Of a stretch of DNA of 64,000 bases, positions 19,724 through 29,307 are shown piece after piece. The stretch's first letter is position 1. Every line of letters starts with the position of its first letter. Source of the DNA: Chitinophagales bacterium (GTDB lineage: Bacteria; Bacteroidota; Bacteroidia; Chitinophagales; JADIYW01); NCBI GenBank assembly GCA_023957215.1, contig JAMLHH010000006.1, forward strand, positions 46,244 to 110,243. The letters are read 5' to 3'. The notes below the pieces were generated by a model. That model saw only the letters and a list, made by a program, of their open reading frames with translations. It had not been told where the DNA came from and did no database searches. A program made the position numbers and the translations under genes.

Positions 19724-22324
19724 ATGATTAAATATTTTTTACTATCTCTTTCACTGCTCATTTCGACACAAGGATTTTCAAAATCTAAGAAAAAACAAAA
19801 GGAAACTACGACAACAACTGAAGTTACCGAAAAAAAGGAAAAAGACAAGTCTGCTTTTAAAACAATCAAGGAATTTACTGAAAAATTATCTAAACCTAAT
19901 GAAGGTTTATTCCCTTTATATCGTGATACCATCACCGGAAAAACGTATATAGAAGTAAATGAAAATCAGCTTCATAAAGAATTTATCTATTTTATGTATG
20001 TTTTGGATGGAGTAGTAGATGCCGGATATTTTAGAGGCGCTTATCGAGATAACGATGTCATTACTTTTGACCGTGCTTTTGATAAGATAGAGGTAAAAAT
20101 TGTCAATACGACTTATTATTTTGATCCAAAACTTGAAATCAGTAAAGCAGCTGATGCGAATATCAACCAACCAATTGTAGTGGCAGAAAAAATTCAAGCA
20201 ATGGCGATTGATACGACAGATACACTTGGAAATGTCAATGTGCGATACTTGATAGATGCGGATGCTATTTTTCTTAAAGAATCTTTGAGTCAAATCAAAC
20301 CTGCGAAAAAACCGGGCTCATCTCCGACTGCTTTTTCCTTAGGTTCACTCTCAGCTACTAAAACGAAATACCTCCGTCAACAAAATTATCCCGATAACAC
20401 GGATGTAGAAGTAGAATATGTATATGATAATCCTGCACCTGTCAGTTCGGGTAAAGAAGCTGTTACAGATCCAAGAAGTGTATCCGTAAAGGTTCGTCAT
20501 TCTATTATAAAAATGCCTGAAAACAACTATCAGCCAAGATATGAAGATCCGCGAATTGGTTATTTTACAAGCAAAGCGACCGATATGACGACTACGAGTG
20601 TCACACCTTATCTCGATAAAATCAATAGATGGAATTTGGTAAAAAAAGATTCTAATGCAATACTTTCCGAACCGGTACTACCTATTGTATATTGGATAGA
20701 AAATACGACACCTGCTGCTTTTAGACCTATCATTAAAGAAGCGGTAGAAAAGTGGAACATCGCTTTTGAAGAAGCAGGATTTAAAAATGCTGTCGTCTGT
20801 AAAATCCAACCGGATACTGCCACTTGGGATGCAGGTGATATTCGTTATAATGTGATACGCTGGACATCTTCACCTAATCCGCCTTTTGGTGGTTATGGGC
20901 CGAGCTTTAAAAACCCGAGAACGGGCGAAATCATCGGTGCCGATATCATGTTAGAATGGATATACTTGACGAATAGAGTTCGATATGAAAAGATGTTTAA
21001 TATCGCCGGTATGGCGATAGAGCAAAATGAAACCGAGTTAGAGGACAATCCGTTTTTATGTTCTGCCGGTTTCCATACCTCTGAAAATTTGTCTTATGGA
21101 AAAACCATGATGGATGCATACAACTTTGACAGTTTGCAACACGATGAATTTATGAAACAGTGTTTGACCGAGTTGGTTTTACACGAAGTGGGACATACCT
21201 TAGGTCTTAATCATAATTTTGGTGGAAGTTATTTTGCATCTAATGACCAATGGCAAGACAAAGAATTTGGTGAAAAATATGGTGTTTCAGCTTCTGTGAT
21301 GGACTATAATTTGCCTAATATTTCACCCGATAAAAACCATCAGGGTCAATATTTTACAACCGTTCCTGGATTGTATGACAGATGGGCGATTCGATACGGT
21401 TACAGTGTTTTTGAAAATGCAGTAGCAGAAAAGCAAGGTTTAAAAGAAATTTTGTCGGAATCTACTAAGAGAGAATATCTTTTCTTCAATGATGCAGACG
21501 ATATGAGAAGCCCGGGTAAAGGAAATGACCCGAGAGCGATGATTTATGATATGACGAGCGATCCTTTGGAATATGCTATCCAACAAATCAAAATGAACAA
21601 TGCTACTTTTAGCCAGCTAAAATCTACTTATATCAAAGATGGTCAATCTTACCACGAATTGAGAAATGCATATCTGATTCTTTCAGGTAGAAATACAACT
21701 AATTTTAATGTGATTAGCAGATGGATAGGTGGTGTGTTGATAGATAGAAATTTTGCAGGTCAAAAAGAGGGGCAACAACCTTTTACAGCGATAGAACTTT
21801 CTGAACAAGTCAAAGCGATGAATGCATTGGCCCAATATGCTTTTGCTCCCGATGCTTTTGATGTAGAAAAAGAACTGTATAACTACTTGCAAATGCAAAG
21901 AAGAGGGTATGAATTTTATGAAAAAGGTGAGTTGCCTAAGATTCATGCAAGAATTGCTACCACACAAAGTAATCTACTCAAACAACTTTTACATCCTAAT
22001 ACCTTAGAAAGAATTGCTGATACAAAATTGTATGGCAATCCATACAGTCTTGATAAAATGATGTCAGATTTGACAAAAGCTGTTTTTAAAGCGGATATTG
22101 CCGGAACTGTCAATTCTTTGAGACAAGAATTACAGATTAATTATGTGAATAGTTTGTTGAAAGTAATTAACTCCGCCGACTATATTGATTTGTCAAAATC
22201 TATTGCTTATGCGGAACTCCAAAAAATAAAGAAATTAGCTACTAATACTGCAGGTGATGCTGCGTCCAAAGCGCACAAGCAATATTTGTTATATCTGATT
22301 GATAAAGGCTTGGATAAAAAATAA
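19724..22324 (+). CDS. EcxA-like zinc-dependent metalloprotease (DUF5117/DUF4953 type)
   Basis: HEVGHTLGLNHN, SVMDY Met-turn, DPRIGYF, NPRTGEI; ATG at 19724. Confidence 0.88.
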   Translation: MIKYFLLSLSLLISTQGFSKSKKKQKETTTTTEVTEKKEKDKSAFKTIKEFTEKLSKPNEGLFPLYRDTITGKTYIEVNENQLHKEFIYFMYVLDGVVDAGYFRGAYRDNDVITFDRAFDKIEVKIVNTTYYFDPKLEISKAADANINQPIVVAEKIQAMAIDTTDTLGNVNVRYLIDADAIFLKESLSQIKPAKKPGSSPTAFSLGSLSATKTKYLRQQNYPDNTDVEVEYVYDNPAPVSSGKEAVTDPRSVSVKVRHSIIKMPENNYQPRYEDPRIGYFTSKATDMTTTSVTPYLDKINRWNLVKKDSNAILSEPVLPIVYWIENTTPAAFRPIIKEAVEKWNIAFEEAGFKNAVVCKIQPDTATWDAGDIRYNVIRWTSSPNPPFGGYGPSFKNPRTGEIIGADIMLEWIYLTNRVRYEKMFNIAGMAIEQNETELEDNPFLCSAGFHTSENLSYGKTMMDAYNFDSLQHDEFMKQCLTELVLHEVGHTLGLNHNFGGSYFASNDQWQDKEFGEKYGVSASVMDYNLPNISPDKNHQGQYFTTVPGLYDRWAIRYGYSVFENAVAEKQGLKEILSESTKREYLFFNDADDMRSPGKGNDPRAMIYDMTSDPLEYAIQQIKMNNATFSQLKSTYIKDGQSYHELRNAYLILSGRNTTNFNVISRWIGGVLIDRNFAGQKEGQQPFTAIELSEQVKAMNALAQYAFAPDAFDVEKELYNYLQMQRRGYEFYEKGELPKIHARIATTQSNLLKQLLHPNTLERIADTKLYGNPYSLDKMMSDLTKAVFKADIAGTVNSLRQELQINYVNSLLKVINSADYIDLSKSIAYAELQKIKKLATNTAGDAASKAHKQYLLYLIDKGLDKK

Positions 22325-22388
22325 TATCTATATTTTCATAGTTGAGAATTAAAAACCTACTCTTAACTTTGCACCTTACGTTTTTTAG

Positions 22389-23222
22389 ATGCCGGTTTTA
22401 GATAAAATACTTGATTCTGCACTATTTTCCAATATTTGGAAAGAGGTTATTGCCCGTGCAGGTAAAGGTAAACTTGTCCAACTGATTACACTCAAGCCGA
22501 TTTCTGTTTATAAGGGTCAAATGAATTTTGAGTTAGATGAAACCCAATTGACGGCTGATATCGATGCCTCTATTGAAAACCTTTTACAGAAACCGATACA
22601 AAGAGCTTTTGACTTGTTCTCTTTAGATTTTAAGTCGGCGACGGATTTTAGCTATCATATCAAAGTAGATGTATTGGTGAAAATGAATTATGCCAATATC
22701 AGAAAATACCTCAATCAACAGTTTGCCAATGAACAGTATTGGATTTTGGATGATAGGGTAGGACTGACTTTTTACGATTTTAATATACAATGGAAAGACA
22801 ATCATCTGTCTATTGATATTCCGATGAAAATTGATGCTAAGTATAAGCGTTTAAAATACAGTGGAAATGCAGAAGTGACTGCAACCGGTCGTATCAATTA
22901 CTATCCAAATACCAAACAGGTGAAAATAGAACGTATCAGTTATGTTGCCACTTCGGATAAATGGATACTCCGATTGGTCAATTTAGTGTATTATTTTGAT
23001 ATCAAAGAAGCATTGGAAGATTTTTTACAATTTGATATTAGTAATGAATTGGTGGAAGGCTTGAAAAAATTACAGAAAGAAGTAGAAAATTTTAATAAAG
23101 AAGAATTGAGCATTTTAGAAGGTGAAGTTTCATCTATCAATTTAAAAAAAATAAATTTTGACCCCAATGGTGGAAGTGCTTATATCTTGGTAGAAGGTAG
23201 AGCCGGATTACTCGATAATTAG
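22389..23222 (+). CDS. Hypothetical protein (DUF4403-like)
   Basis: Long ORF with TAACTTTG promoter box upstream; family resemblance is weak. Confidence 0.55.
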   Translation: MPVLDKILDSALFSNIWKEVIARAGKGKLVQLITLKPISVYKGQMNFELDETQLTADIDASIENLLQKPIQRAFDLFSLDFKSATDFSYHIKVDVLVKMNYANIRKYLNQQFANEQYWILDDRVGLTFYDFNIQWKDNHLSIDIPMKIDAKYKRLKYSGNAEVTATGRINYYPNTKQVKIERISYVATSDKWILRLVNLVYYFDIKEALEDFLQFDISNELVEGLKKLQKEVENFNKEELSILEGEVSSINLKKINFDPNGGSAYILVEGRAGLLDN

Positions 23223-23693
23223 TTCATCTAGCATCTTTTCTACATACACTTTCATCGTATCAGACATAGAAATTTCAAACCCTTTTTCTATCAATTCATC
23301 TGTTGCATTTTCCTGTAAAATACCAAAATACATCGTTTTTATCTTTTGGTACATTTCTGTATCTAAGTGTAAATCAATCGCTTTGTCTTGATAATCATCC
23401 AACAAAAGTTTGTACAATCGGGTAGAAATGCTCAACAAGGGTTCTAATTTTTTACTGACTACAAACATGGCATCTACAAACTTCAGCAAGTTGACTTTGG
23501 AAGCTTGCACGAAACGTCCGTCTAAATTTTGATCAATTGTACTTTCGTTTCCAATGATAGATATAAAAATACCACTTTCATATACACCTAAATCTTTGTG
23601 TTGTAAATCAATAGAAAGTTGAAAGTTAGGCTTGAATATTTGATAGTAAAAATACTTTTCTATAAAATCTTGTGATACCTTTTTCTCTGACAT
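23208..23693 (-). CDS. Hypothetical protein
   Basis: 161-aa ATG ORF directly downstream of the ABC permease. Confidence 0.6.
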   Translation of the reverse strand: MSEKKVSQDFIEKYFYYQIFKPNFQLSIDLQHKDLGVYESGIFISIIGNESTIDQNLDGRFVQASKVNLLKFVDAMFVVSKKLEPLLSISTRLYKLLLDDYQDKAIDLHLDTEMYQKIKTMYFGILQENATDELIEKGFEISMSDTMKVYVEKMLDELIIE

Positions 23694-23706
23694 TTTATTT
23701 AAAATT

Positions 23707-24966
23707 TCACACAGTTCTAATCGCCTCTACCGGATCCAAATCAGCTGCTTTTCGTGCGGGCAAATAGCCGGACAAAAGACCTATCAACATAGCAATGCTG
23801 ATACCTATGACACCATTCTTAAAACTGAGTACAAAACTCATTCCTGATGCAGAAGACACCGGAAAAGATAGAAGATATACAATCACCAAACCTAATAATC
23901 CACCCCAAAAACAGAGCAAGATAGACTCAAAAAGAAATTCTAAGAGTATGTAAATTTTTTTTGCACCTAAAGCCTTTTTAATGCCTATAATATTGGTTCT
24001 TTCAGAAACAGAAACATACATGATATTAGCGATTCCAAAACCTCCGACTATCAGTGCAAAAAAGCCTATCACCCAACCTATTATATTGAGTACGTAAAAA
24101 ATGCCTTCAAACCCTTGTGCAATAATACTCAAGCGGTTGAGTGCAAAATTATCATCCTGTATCGGTCGCAATCTTCTGATGGAACGCATTTTTTGTTGAA
24201 TTTCAAATTCTAATTCACTGAGGCTGACACCTTGTTGGGCTTTTACAATAATGCGTGGTGAGACTTCTTTGAGTTCTAAATGTGTGACTTTATTGACAAA
24301 CAAATAAGGCAAAATGATGTCTTTGTCATTATTCATCCCCAGCAAACCTCCTTGCCCTTCTTTTTTAATAATTCCAATAATTTTTACTTTTTGACCAAAA
24401 ATAAAAATCTCTTTCCCCAATAGATTTGAAGTGTTGCCTGAAAGTGTTTCGGCTATTCCTCCGCCTATCACTGCTACCGGCAGACCTAAATTAGATTCGG
24501 ATACAGAAAAAAAACGACCTGCATTGATATTGTAATCAAATACATCTGCGATTTCTTGTGTTGCACCTACAACATCAATATTCTCTACGGCTTCGTTGTT
24601 AAACTTGATATTACTTGCACTTGGATATACAGAGTAGGAAACCGCTTCCGCTTTCGTCAGTCTTCCTTGCAATTTTAGAAAATCATCATAACTTGCTTCC
24701 GGACGTTTCCAATAATTCCACCACGGATAATTGGTATCATTAAAAGCCCAAGGCCAGCGACCTACAAAAATAAGATTGTTACCCAATTTGTTGATGGAGC
24801 CACTGATATCGTTTTTAAGTGCATCCACAGCCGTTAAAATGGCTATAATGCTGAAAATCCCGATGGTAACTCCCAATAAAGAAAGTCCGGTACGTAGCTT
24901 ATTATTCCTCAGTTGCCCAAATGAGAGCAAAAACGATTCTTTAATAACGGTCCAAAGGGATAACAT
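23707..24966 (-). CDS. MacB/FtsX-type ABC transporter permease
   Basis: NKLRTGLSLLGVTIG, VGGFGIANIMYVSVSERT, PARKAADLDPVEA. Confidence 0.9.
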   Translation of the reverse strand: MLSLWTVIKESFLLSFGQLRNNKLRTGLSLLGVTIGIFSIIAILTAVDALKNDISGSINKLGNNLIFVGRWPWAFNDTNYPWWNYWKRPEASYDDFLKLQGRLTKAEAVSYSVYPSASNIKFNNEAVENIDVVGATQEIADVFDYNINAGRFFSVSESNLGLPVAVIGGGIAETLSGNTSNLLGKEIFIFGQKVKIIGIIKKEGQGGLLGMNNDKDIILPYLFVNKVTHLELKEVSPRIIVKAQQGVSLSELEFEIQQKMRSIRRLRPIQDDNFALNRLSIIAQGFEGIFYVLNIIGWVIGFFALIVGGFGIANIMYVSVSERTNIIGIKKALGAKKIYILLEFLFESILLCFWGGLLGLVIVYLLSFPVSSASGMSFVLSFKNGVIGISIAMLIGLLSGYLPARKAADLDPVEAIRTV

Positions 24967-25127
24967 CGTCTCAAAAATACATAAGACAGATATAGTAATC
25001 GCTTTTTATTGACATTAATCTGTTAAAATATCTAATTAATACCTTTTAATTAGAGGGATATGCGAACCGAACAAAATGATTTTTGTAGTTTCATCTATCA
25101 ACTAATAAAGTTTTAAACTAATAAAAT

Positions 25128-26000
25128 ATGAAAACAAACTCAAACATCTTAAAAGCATTGTTCCTTTCTACAGGATTGCTCGCTTTTGGCATTCAAAATA
25201 GTGATGCTCAAAAGTTGAAAACACCTACTCCGAGCCCACATCAAACCTTGACACAGGAGTTTGCACTTTCTCAAATCGAAATAGATTATTCAAGACCGAG
25301 TGCAAAGGGTAGAACCATCTTTGGTGATTTAGTGCCTTATGGAAAAGTATGGAGAACAGGTGCAAATGCTTCTACAACTATCGAATTTGGCGATGATGTG
25401 AAAGTCAATGGCAAAGAACTCAAAGCCGGAAAGTATGCTTTGTTTACCATTCCCGATAAAGATACTTGGAAAGTAAGTTTTTATAAGGATTTAAAATTAG
25501 GTGGTAATGTTGCTAACTATGATGAAAAAAATGAAGTGATTACAATAGAGGTGCCGGTGCAAAAAGTAGCTGACAAAGTAGAAACTTTTACCATTTCGGT
25601 AGATAATCTTACAGACACCAAAGCGATGGTTAGTCTGACTTGGGAAAATACCCGCGTCTCTTTTGATGTCACGACAGAAATAGATGAGAGAATCATGACT
25701 GACATCAAAAATGTGATGGGAGACAACAAACCTTATGCGGTAGCAGCTTCCTACTATATGGATAATGGGAAAGATCTCAATCAAGCTTATGAATGGCTGC
25801 AAAAAGCTGTGGATAACGCACCTTATGCATATTGGCTGGCATACAGAAAAGCTAAGTTGGAATTGATGTTAGGACAATATCAAAAAGCAATTGAATCCGC
25901 AAATACAGCTAAAGCAAAAGCAGAAGAAGCTCAAAGTGCTGATTATGTAAAACTCAATAATGACTTAATCAGTGAAGCTAAAAGCAAATTGAAAAAATAA
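25128..26000 (+). CDS. DUF2911 domain protein with C-terminal TPR
   Basis: YSRPSAKGR, LVPYGKVWRTGAN, GKYALFTIP. Confidence 0.88.
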   Translation: MKTNSNILKALFLSTGLLAFGIQNSDAQKLKTPTPSPHQTLTQEFALSQIEIDYSRPSAKGRTIFGDLVPYGKVWRTGANASTTIEFGDDVKVNGKELKAGKYALFTIPDKDTWKVSFYKDLKLGGNVANYDEKNEVITIEVPVQKVADKVETFTISVDNLTDTKAMVSLTWENTRVSFDVTTEIDERIMTDIKNVMGDNKPYAVAASYYMDNGKDLNQAYEWLQKAVDNAPYAYWLAYRKAKLELMLGQYQKAIESANTAKAKAEEAQSADYVKLNNDLISEAKSKLKK

Positions 26001-26017
26001 TTGTTACAACAAATCAT

Positions 26018-26055
26018 CATAAAAAAAGCTACTCGGATGAGTAGCTTTTTTTATG
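26018..26055. terminator. Bidirectional rho-independent terminator
   Basis: CATAAAAAAAGCTACTC-GGAT-GAGTAGCTTTTTTTATG perfect hairpin between convergent genes. Confidence 0.92.
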
Positions 26056-26073
26056 GTCTTTGAACAGATGGTT

Positions 26074-27237
26074 TTAGTAAACCGGCAGACTCAATTTTAA
26101 TTCACCAATATAACCTATAATACCACCTTTCAGATTGTACAAATTGTCAAAACCATATTGAGAAGTCAATAAATCAATTGCTCTGGCACTACGTCCACCT
26201 GCTTTACAGTGTACGACTACCGGTCTGTTTCTATCTATTTCATCAATATGAGATTCTAATGAACTAAGTGGAATCAATTTTGCACCAATATTGACCAAAT
26301 CATACTCATCTTGCTCTCTGACATCAATGACTTGAATATCTCTCTTTTCATCTAACCACTCTTGCAATTCAGATGGAGTGATTTCTTTGATTTGAGATTT
26401 CTTTTCTGCTAATTGAGGAATACCACAGAAGAAATCATAGTCGATAAGTTTTGTCTGTGTTGGATTGTCACCTGTCAAAGGATTGTTTGGATCTTTATGT
26501 ACTTTGAATACTCTTGTAGTAAATCCAAGTGCATCAAAAGTGAATAGTCTTCCACTCAATACATCACCTACACCTAAGATGATTTTAATCACTTCATTGG
26601 TTTGAATACATCCCATCAATCCCGGCAATACACCAAGTACACCACCTTCCGCACAACTGGGAACTAATCCCGGAGGTGGAGGAGTAGGGTAGAGGTCTCT
26701 ATAATTAGGTCCGTTTTTATAATTAAATACAGAAGCTTGACCATCAAACCTATAAATAGATGCATATACGTTAGGAATACCCAATAGCACACAAGCATCA
26801 TTCACTAAATATCTGGTAGGAAAGTTATCAGTACCATCAGCTACTACATCATAATCTTTGAAAATCTCTAATGCATTCTGACTGGATAACTTTTCATTAT
26901 AGGTAATGACATTAATATATGGATTGAGAGATAAGACTCTGTCTCTCGCTGCTTCCACTTTTAACCTTCCGATGTCATTCATGCTAAAAAGCACCTGTCT
27001 TTGCAAGTTGCTGTCATCTACGACATCAAAATCTATCAAACCGATAGTTCCCACACCGGCTGCTGCGAGATACAACAGTGCAGGGCTACCCAAACCACCG
27101 GCACCTATGATTAAAACTCTCGCATTTTTTAATTTTTTCTGACCTTCAAGACCTACTTCGGGTATGATAATATGTCTTGAATATTTGGCTAACTCTTTTT
27201 GAGTCAACTCAATTTCTTCTAAGTTTTTTCTTTCCAT
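26074..27237 (-). CDS. moeB: E1-like adenylyltransferase/sulfurtransferase with rhodanese domain (MoeZ/MoeB type)
   Basis: YSRH, GAGGLG, SNLQRQ, DGTDNF, NYRDLYP..PSCAEGGVLG, rhodanese CKAGGRS. Confidence 0.92.
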   Translation of the reverse strand: MERKNLEEIELTQKELAKYSRHIIIPEVGLEGQKKLKNARVLIIGAGGLGSPALLYLAAAGVGTIGLIDFDVVDDSNLQRQVLFSMNDIGRLKVEAARDRVLSLNPYINVITYNEKLSSQNALEIFKDYDVVADGTDNFPTRYLVNDACVLLGIPNVYASIYRFDGQASVFNYKNGPNYRDLYPTPPPPGLVPSCAEGGVLGVLPGLMGCIQTNEVIKIILGVGDVLSGRLFTFDALGFTTRVFKVHKDPNNPLTGDNPTQTKLIDYDFFCGIPQLAEKKSQIKEITPSELQEWLDEKRDIQVIDVREQDEYDLVNIGAKLIPLSSLESHIDEIDRNRPVVVHCKAGGRSARAIDLLTSQYGFDNLYNLKGGIIGYIGELKLSLPVY

Positions 27238-27248
27238 TTCCTTAAAAT

Positions 27249-27527
27249 TTATGCCACACCGCCGGCAATTGCAGGAATCAAACTAACGATAGTGTCTTCT
27301 TTGATTTCAGTTTGTTCGTTATTTAAAAAACGGATGTCTTCTTCACCAACAAAAACTTTGATAAAGTGTCTTAATTTTCCGTTTGTATCCAAAATCTGAT
27401 TGCTGATTTTAGGATGTGTTTCAGTCAAAGCTTTTACAGCTTCTTCAATAGTAGTCGCATTCGTTACGAAATTAGCTTCTCCATCAGTATATTTTCTCAG
27501 TGGAGTAGGAATAATAAGTGTTGCCAT
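27249..27527 (-). CDS. MoaD/ThiS/CysO-family ubiquitin-like sulfur carrier with a C-terminal GG-VA extension
   Basis: IPTPLRKYTDG...EDIRFL...LIPAIAGG then VA-stop. Confidence 0.9.
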   Translation of the reverse strand: MATLIIPTPLRKYTDGEANFVTNATTIEEAVKALTETHPKISNQILDTNGKLRHFIKVFVGEEDIRFLNNEQTEIKEDTIVSLIPAIAGGVA

Positions 27528-27558
27528 ATAATTACTGTTTTTTATTTATTTGTTTTTT

Positions 27559-27793
27559 TAGAATCAAGATTTTAGAACCAAGAATCAAGAGCCAAGAACC
27601 ACGGTTCGACAGGCTCACCGTCCAAGTCAAAACACTAACAAAGCGTGGTCCATCGTCTATCGTCTAATCTTAGAACCAAGAACCACGGTTCGACAGGCTC
27701 ACCGTCCAAGTCAAAACACTAACAAAGCGTGGTCCATCGTCTATCGTCTATCGTCCATCCAATTTTCACATTTACTAATTTTCACATTTTTAC
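27559..27793. repeat. Composite intergenic repeat: 7-mer array, two identical 75-bp units (84-bp period) each with a REP-like hairpin, and an 8-mer array
   Basis: 27592-27666 equals 27676-27750; hairpin ACGGT-TCGACAGGCTC-ACCGT; AAGAAYC-like 7-mers at 27559-27600; ATTTTCAC-like 8-mers at 27762-27793. Confidence 0.88.
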
Positions 27794-27796
27794 ATT

Positions 27797-28216
27797 TCAT
27801 TTCAGTTCTTCCGGTTCAAATTGAAACTCAGTTTCAGATAATCTCCAAGAAGTCAAAACATCAGATTTGCCGTCCATGACCGATACAATGATATAAGAGA
27901 AAAAAGGCACTGCCTGTTTCAAATCATGTTCGGATGGTTTTGCTGGATGCTGAGGGTGCGAGTGATACACCCCTATCAAAGTGATGTCTTGTTCCAAAGC
28001 ATACTTTTCAGCCCTCATATAATCCAAAGGTGAGATTTCAAATCTACGTCTTTGATCTCCTTCTTTGCTATTGATGATAGGACGAGCCAGCTTTATAAAA
28101 CGCTGTCCATCCTTTTCATGTCCGTATAAAAAACCTACACATTCATTTGGAAAATCTTCCTCACCATGCTGGCGTATGACTTTTTCGGCTTCTTTACTTA
28201 AACTTGTATTATACAT
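27797..28216 (-). CDS. M67 JAMM/Mov34 metallopeptidase (Mec-like)
   Basis: PNECVG and YHSHPQHPAKPSEHD JAMM motif. Confidence 0.92.
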   Translation of the reverse strand: MYNTSLSKEAEKVIRQHGEEDFPNECVGFLYGHEKDGQRFIKLARPIINSKEGDQRRRFEISPLDYMRAEKYALEQDITLIGVYHSHPQHPAKPSEHDLKQAVPFFSYIIVSVMDGKSDVLTSWRLSETEFQFEPEELK

Positions 28217-29168
28217 TTTGTATTTGTTGTAATATTTCTGGGTAATTAGATGCGTGGTCGGGACAAATGGTTACGATGACACCCATATTGATTGTTTCCG
28301 CTACTTTCAAAGTGCCTGCGACATTGGCTGCTGATGAAGGACTCAATAAAACACCACTCTCTTTTGCCACTCTTCTAATCATATCATAAGATTCAAAAGT
28401 GTCAATTGTAAGATGTTGATCGGCTAAGTGTCCATCATAAATCAAAGGAATTTTTGCACTTTCCATGTGTTTCCAACCTTCCAAACCATGCATGGCGCTA
28501 TCCGGTTGTAATTCTATTAGTGAAATAAAAGGATTTAATTCTTTTAATCTACGGGAAGTTCCCACAAAAGTGCCACTTGTCCCCACACCTGATACAAAGT
28601 GAGTCACTTCGCCTTTGGTTTGTTGCCATATTTCTAATGCAGTACCATTGTAATGCGCTTTCCAATTGTTGTCATTTGCATACTGGTTCGTATAAAAATA
28701 TTTTTCGGGATGCAGGTTGGAAAGTTCTTTTGCTTTTTCTTGAGCTTCGTCTGTCGTTCCAAACTTTGAAGTATATACGATTTCTGATCCCAAAGCTTTC
28801 AATGAAGAAAGTTTTTGCTGGGAGGCATTTTCGGGAACACAAAGCGTAACAGGTATTCCAATATGGGTGCCGATACTTGCATAAGCGACGGCAGTATTGC
28901 CACTGGAAGCATCGATGATACCTTTTTGGTAGTTGATAAGACCGGATTTATATGCTTCCAAGATAATATTGTAGGCAGCACGCGCTTTCACAGAGTTAGA
29001 AAGTTGGTTCCATTCTAACTTAGCGTAAATCTTAACCTTCGGATTTTTCTGTAAATGACTAAAGTCAAAAAGTGGCGTATTGCCAATAAAATTTGACAAG
29101 TTTTCTAACTTTTTCCAAACACTGTCTGTCTTAGTTTTTGTCAATGTGTCCGTTTCTCTTTCGTCCAT
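28209..29168 (-). CDS. PLP-dependent cysteine synthase family protein (CysM-like, probably sulfur-carrier dependent)
   Basis: IGNTPL, SVK (PLP lysine), ASSGNT, NQYAN, GVGTSGT, HGLEG; shares an operon with JAMM, carrier and E1 genes. Confidence 0.88.
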   Translation of the reverse strand: MDERETDTLTKTKTDSVWKKLENLSNFIGNTPLFDFSHLQKNPKVKIYAKLEWNQLSNSVKARAAYNIILEAYKSGLINYQKGIIDASSGNTAVAYASIGTHIGIPVTLCVPENASQQKLSSLKALGSEIVYTSKFGTTDEAQEKAKELSNLHPEKYFYTNQYANDNNWKAHYNGTALEIWQQTKGEVTHFVSGVGTSGTFVGTSRRLKELNPFISLIELQPDSAMHGLEGWKHMESAKIPLIYDGHLADQHLTIDTFESYDMIRRVAKESGVLLSPSSAANVAGTLKVAETINMGVIVTICPDHASNYPEILQQIQNV

Positions 29169-29180
29169 TTTATTTCAAAT

Positions 29181-29209
29181 AAAAAAAGCCCCGCTTTTGA
29201 CGAGGCTTT
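29181..29209 (-). terminator. Attenuator terminator in the 5' leader of the cysteine synthase operon
   Basis: Minus strand AAAGCCTCG-TCAAAAG-CGGGGCTTTTTTT, ending 12 nt before the ATG. Confidence 0.82.
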
Positions 29210-29231
29210 AAAATATTTATTCTTTCTTACT

Positions 29232-29303
29232 TTATATGCCTCTTCTATCTGTTGTTATACAACAGCAACAAGTATTTGCTATTACTTTCAACATTTGAAG
29301 CAT
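29232..29303 (-). CDS. Cys-rich leader peptide MLQMLKVIANTCCCCITTDRRGI
   Basis: ATG at 29303; TGT TGC TGT TGT at codons 12-15; TAA at 29232-29234; lies immediately upstream of the terminator and cysteine synthase. Confidence 0.82.
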   Translation of the reverse strand: MLQMLKVIANTCCCCITTDRRGI

Positions 29304-29307
29304 AATG

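Noticed and set aside
27592-27750. Possible mini CRISPR array
   Set aside because: Whole 75-bp units are identical, there are no unique spacers, and no cas genes are present
26074-28216. Ubiquitin-like antiphage conjugation system (Bil or CBASS-type E1/JAB)
   Set aside because: No E2 or CD-NTase gene; the rhodanese-fused E1, cysteine synthase and Cys leader point to sulfur transfer
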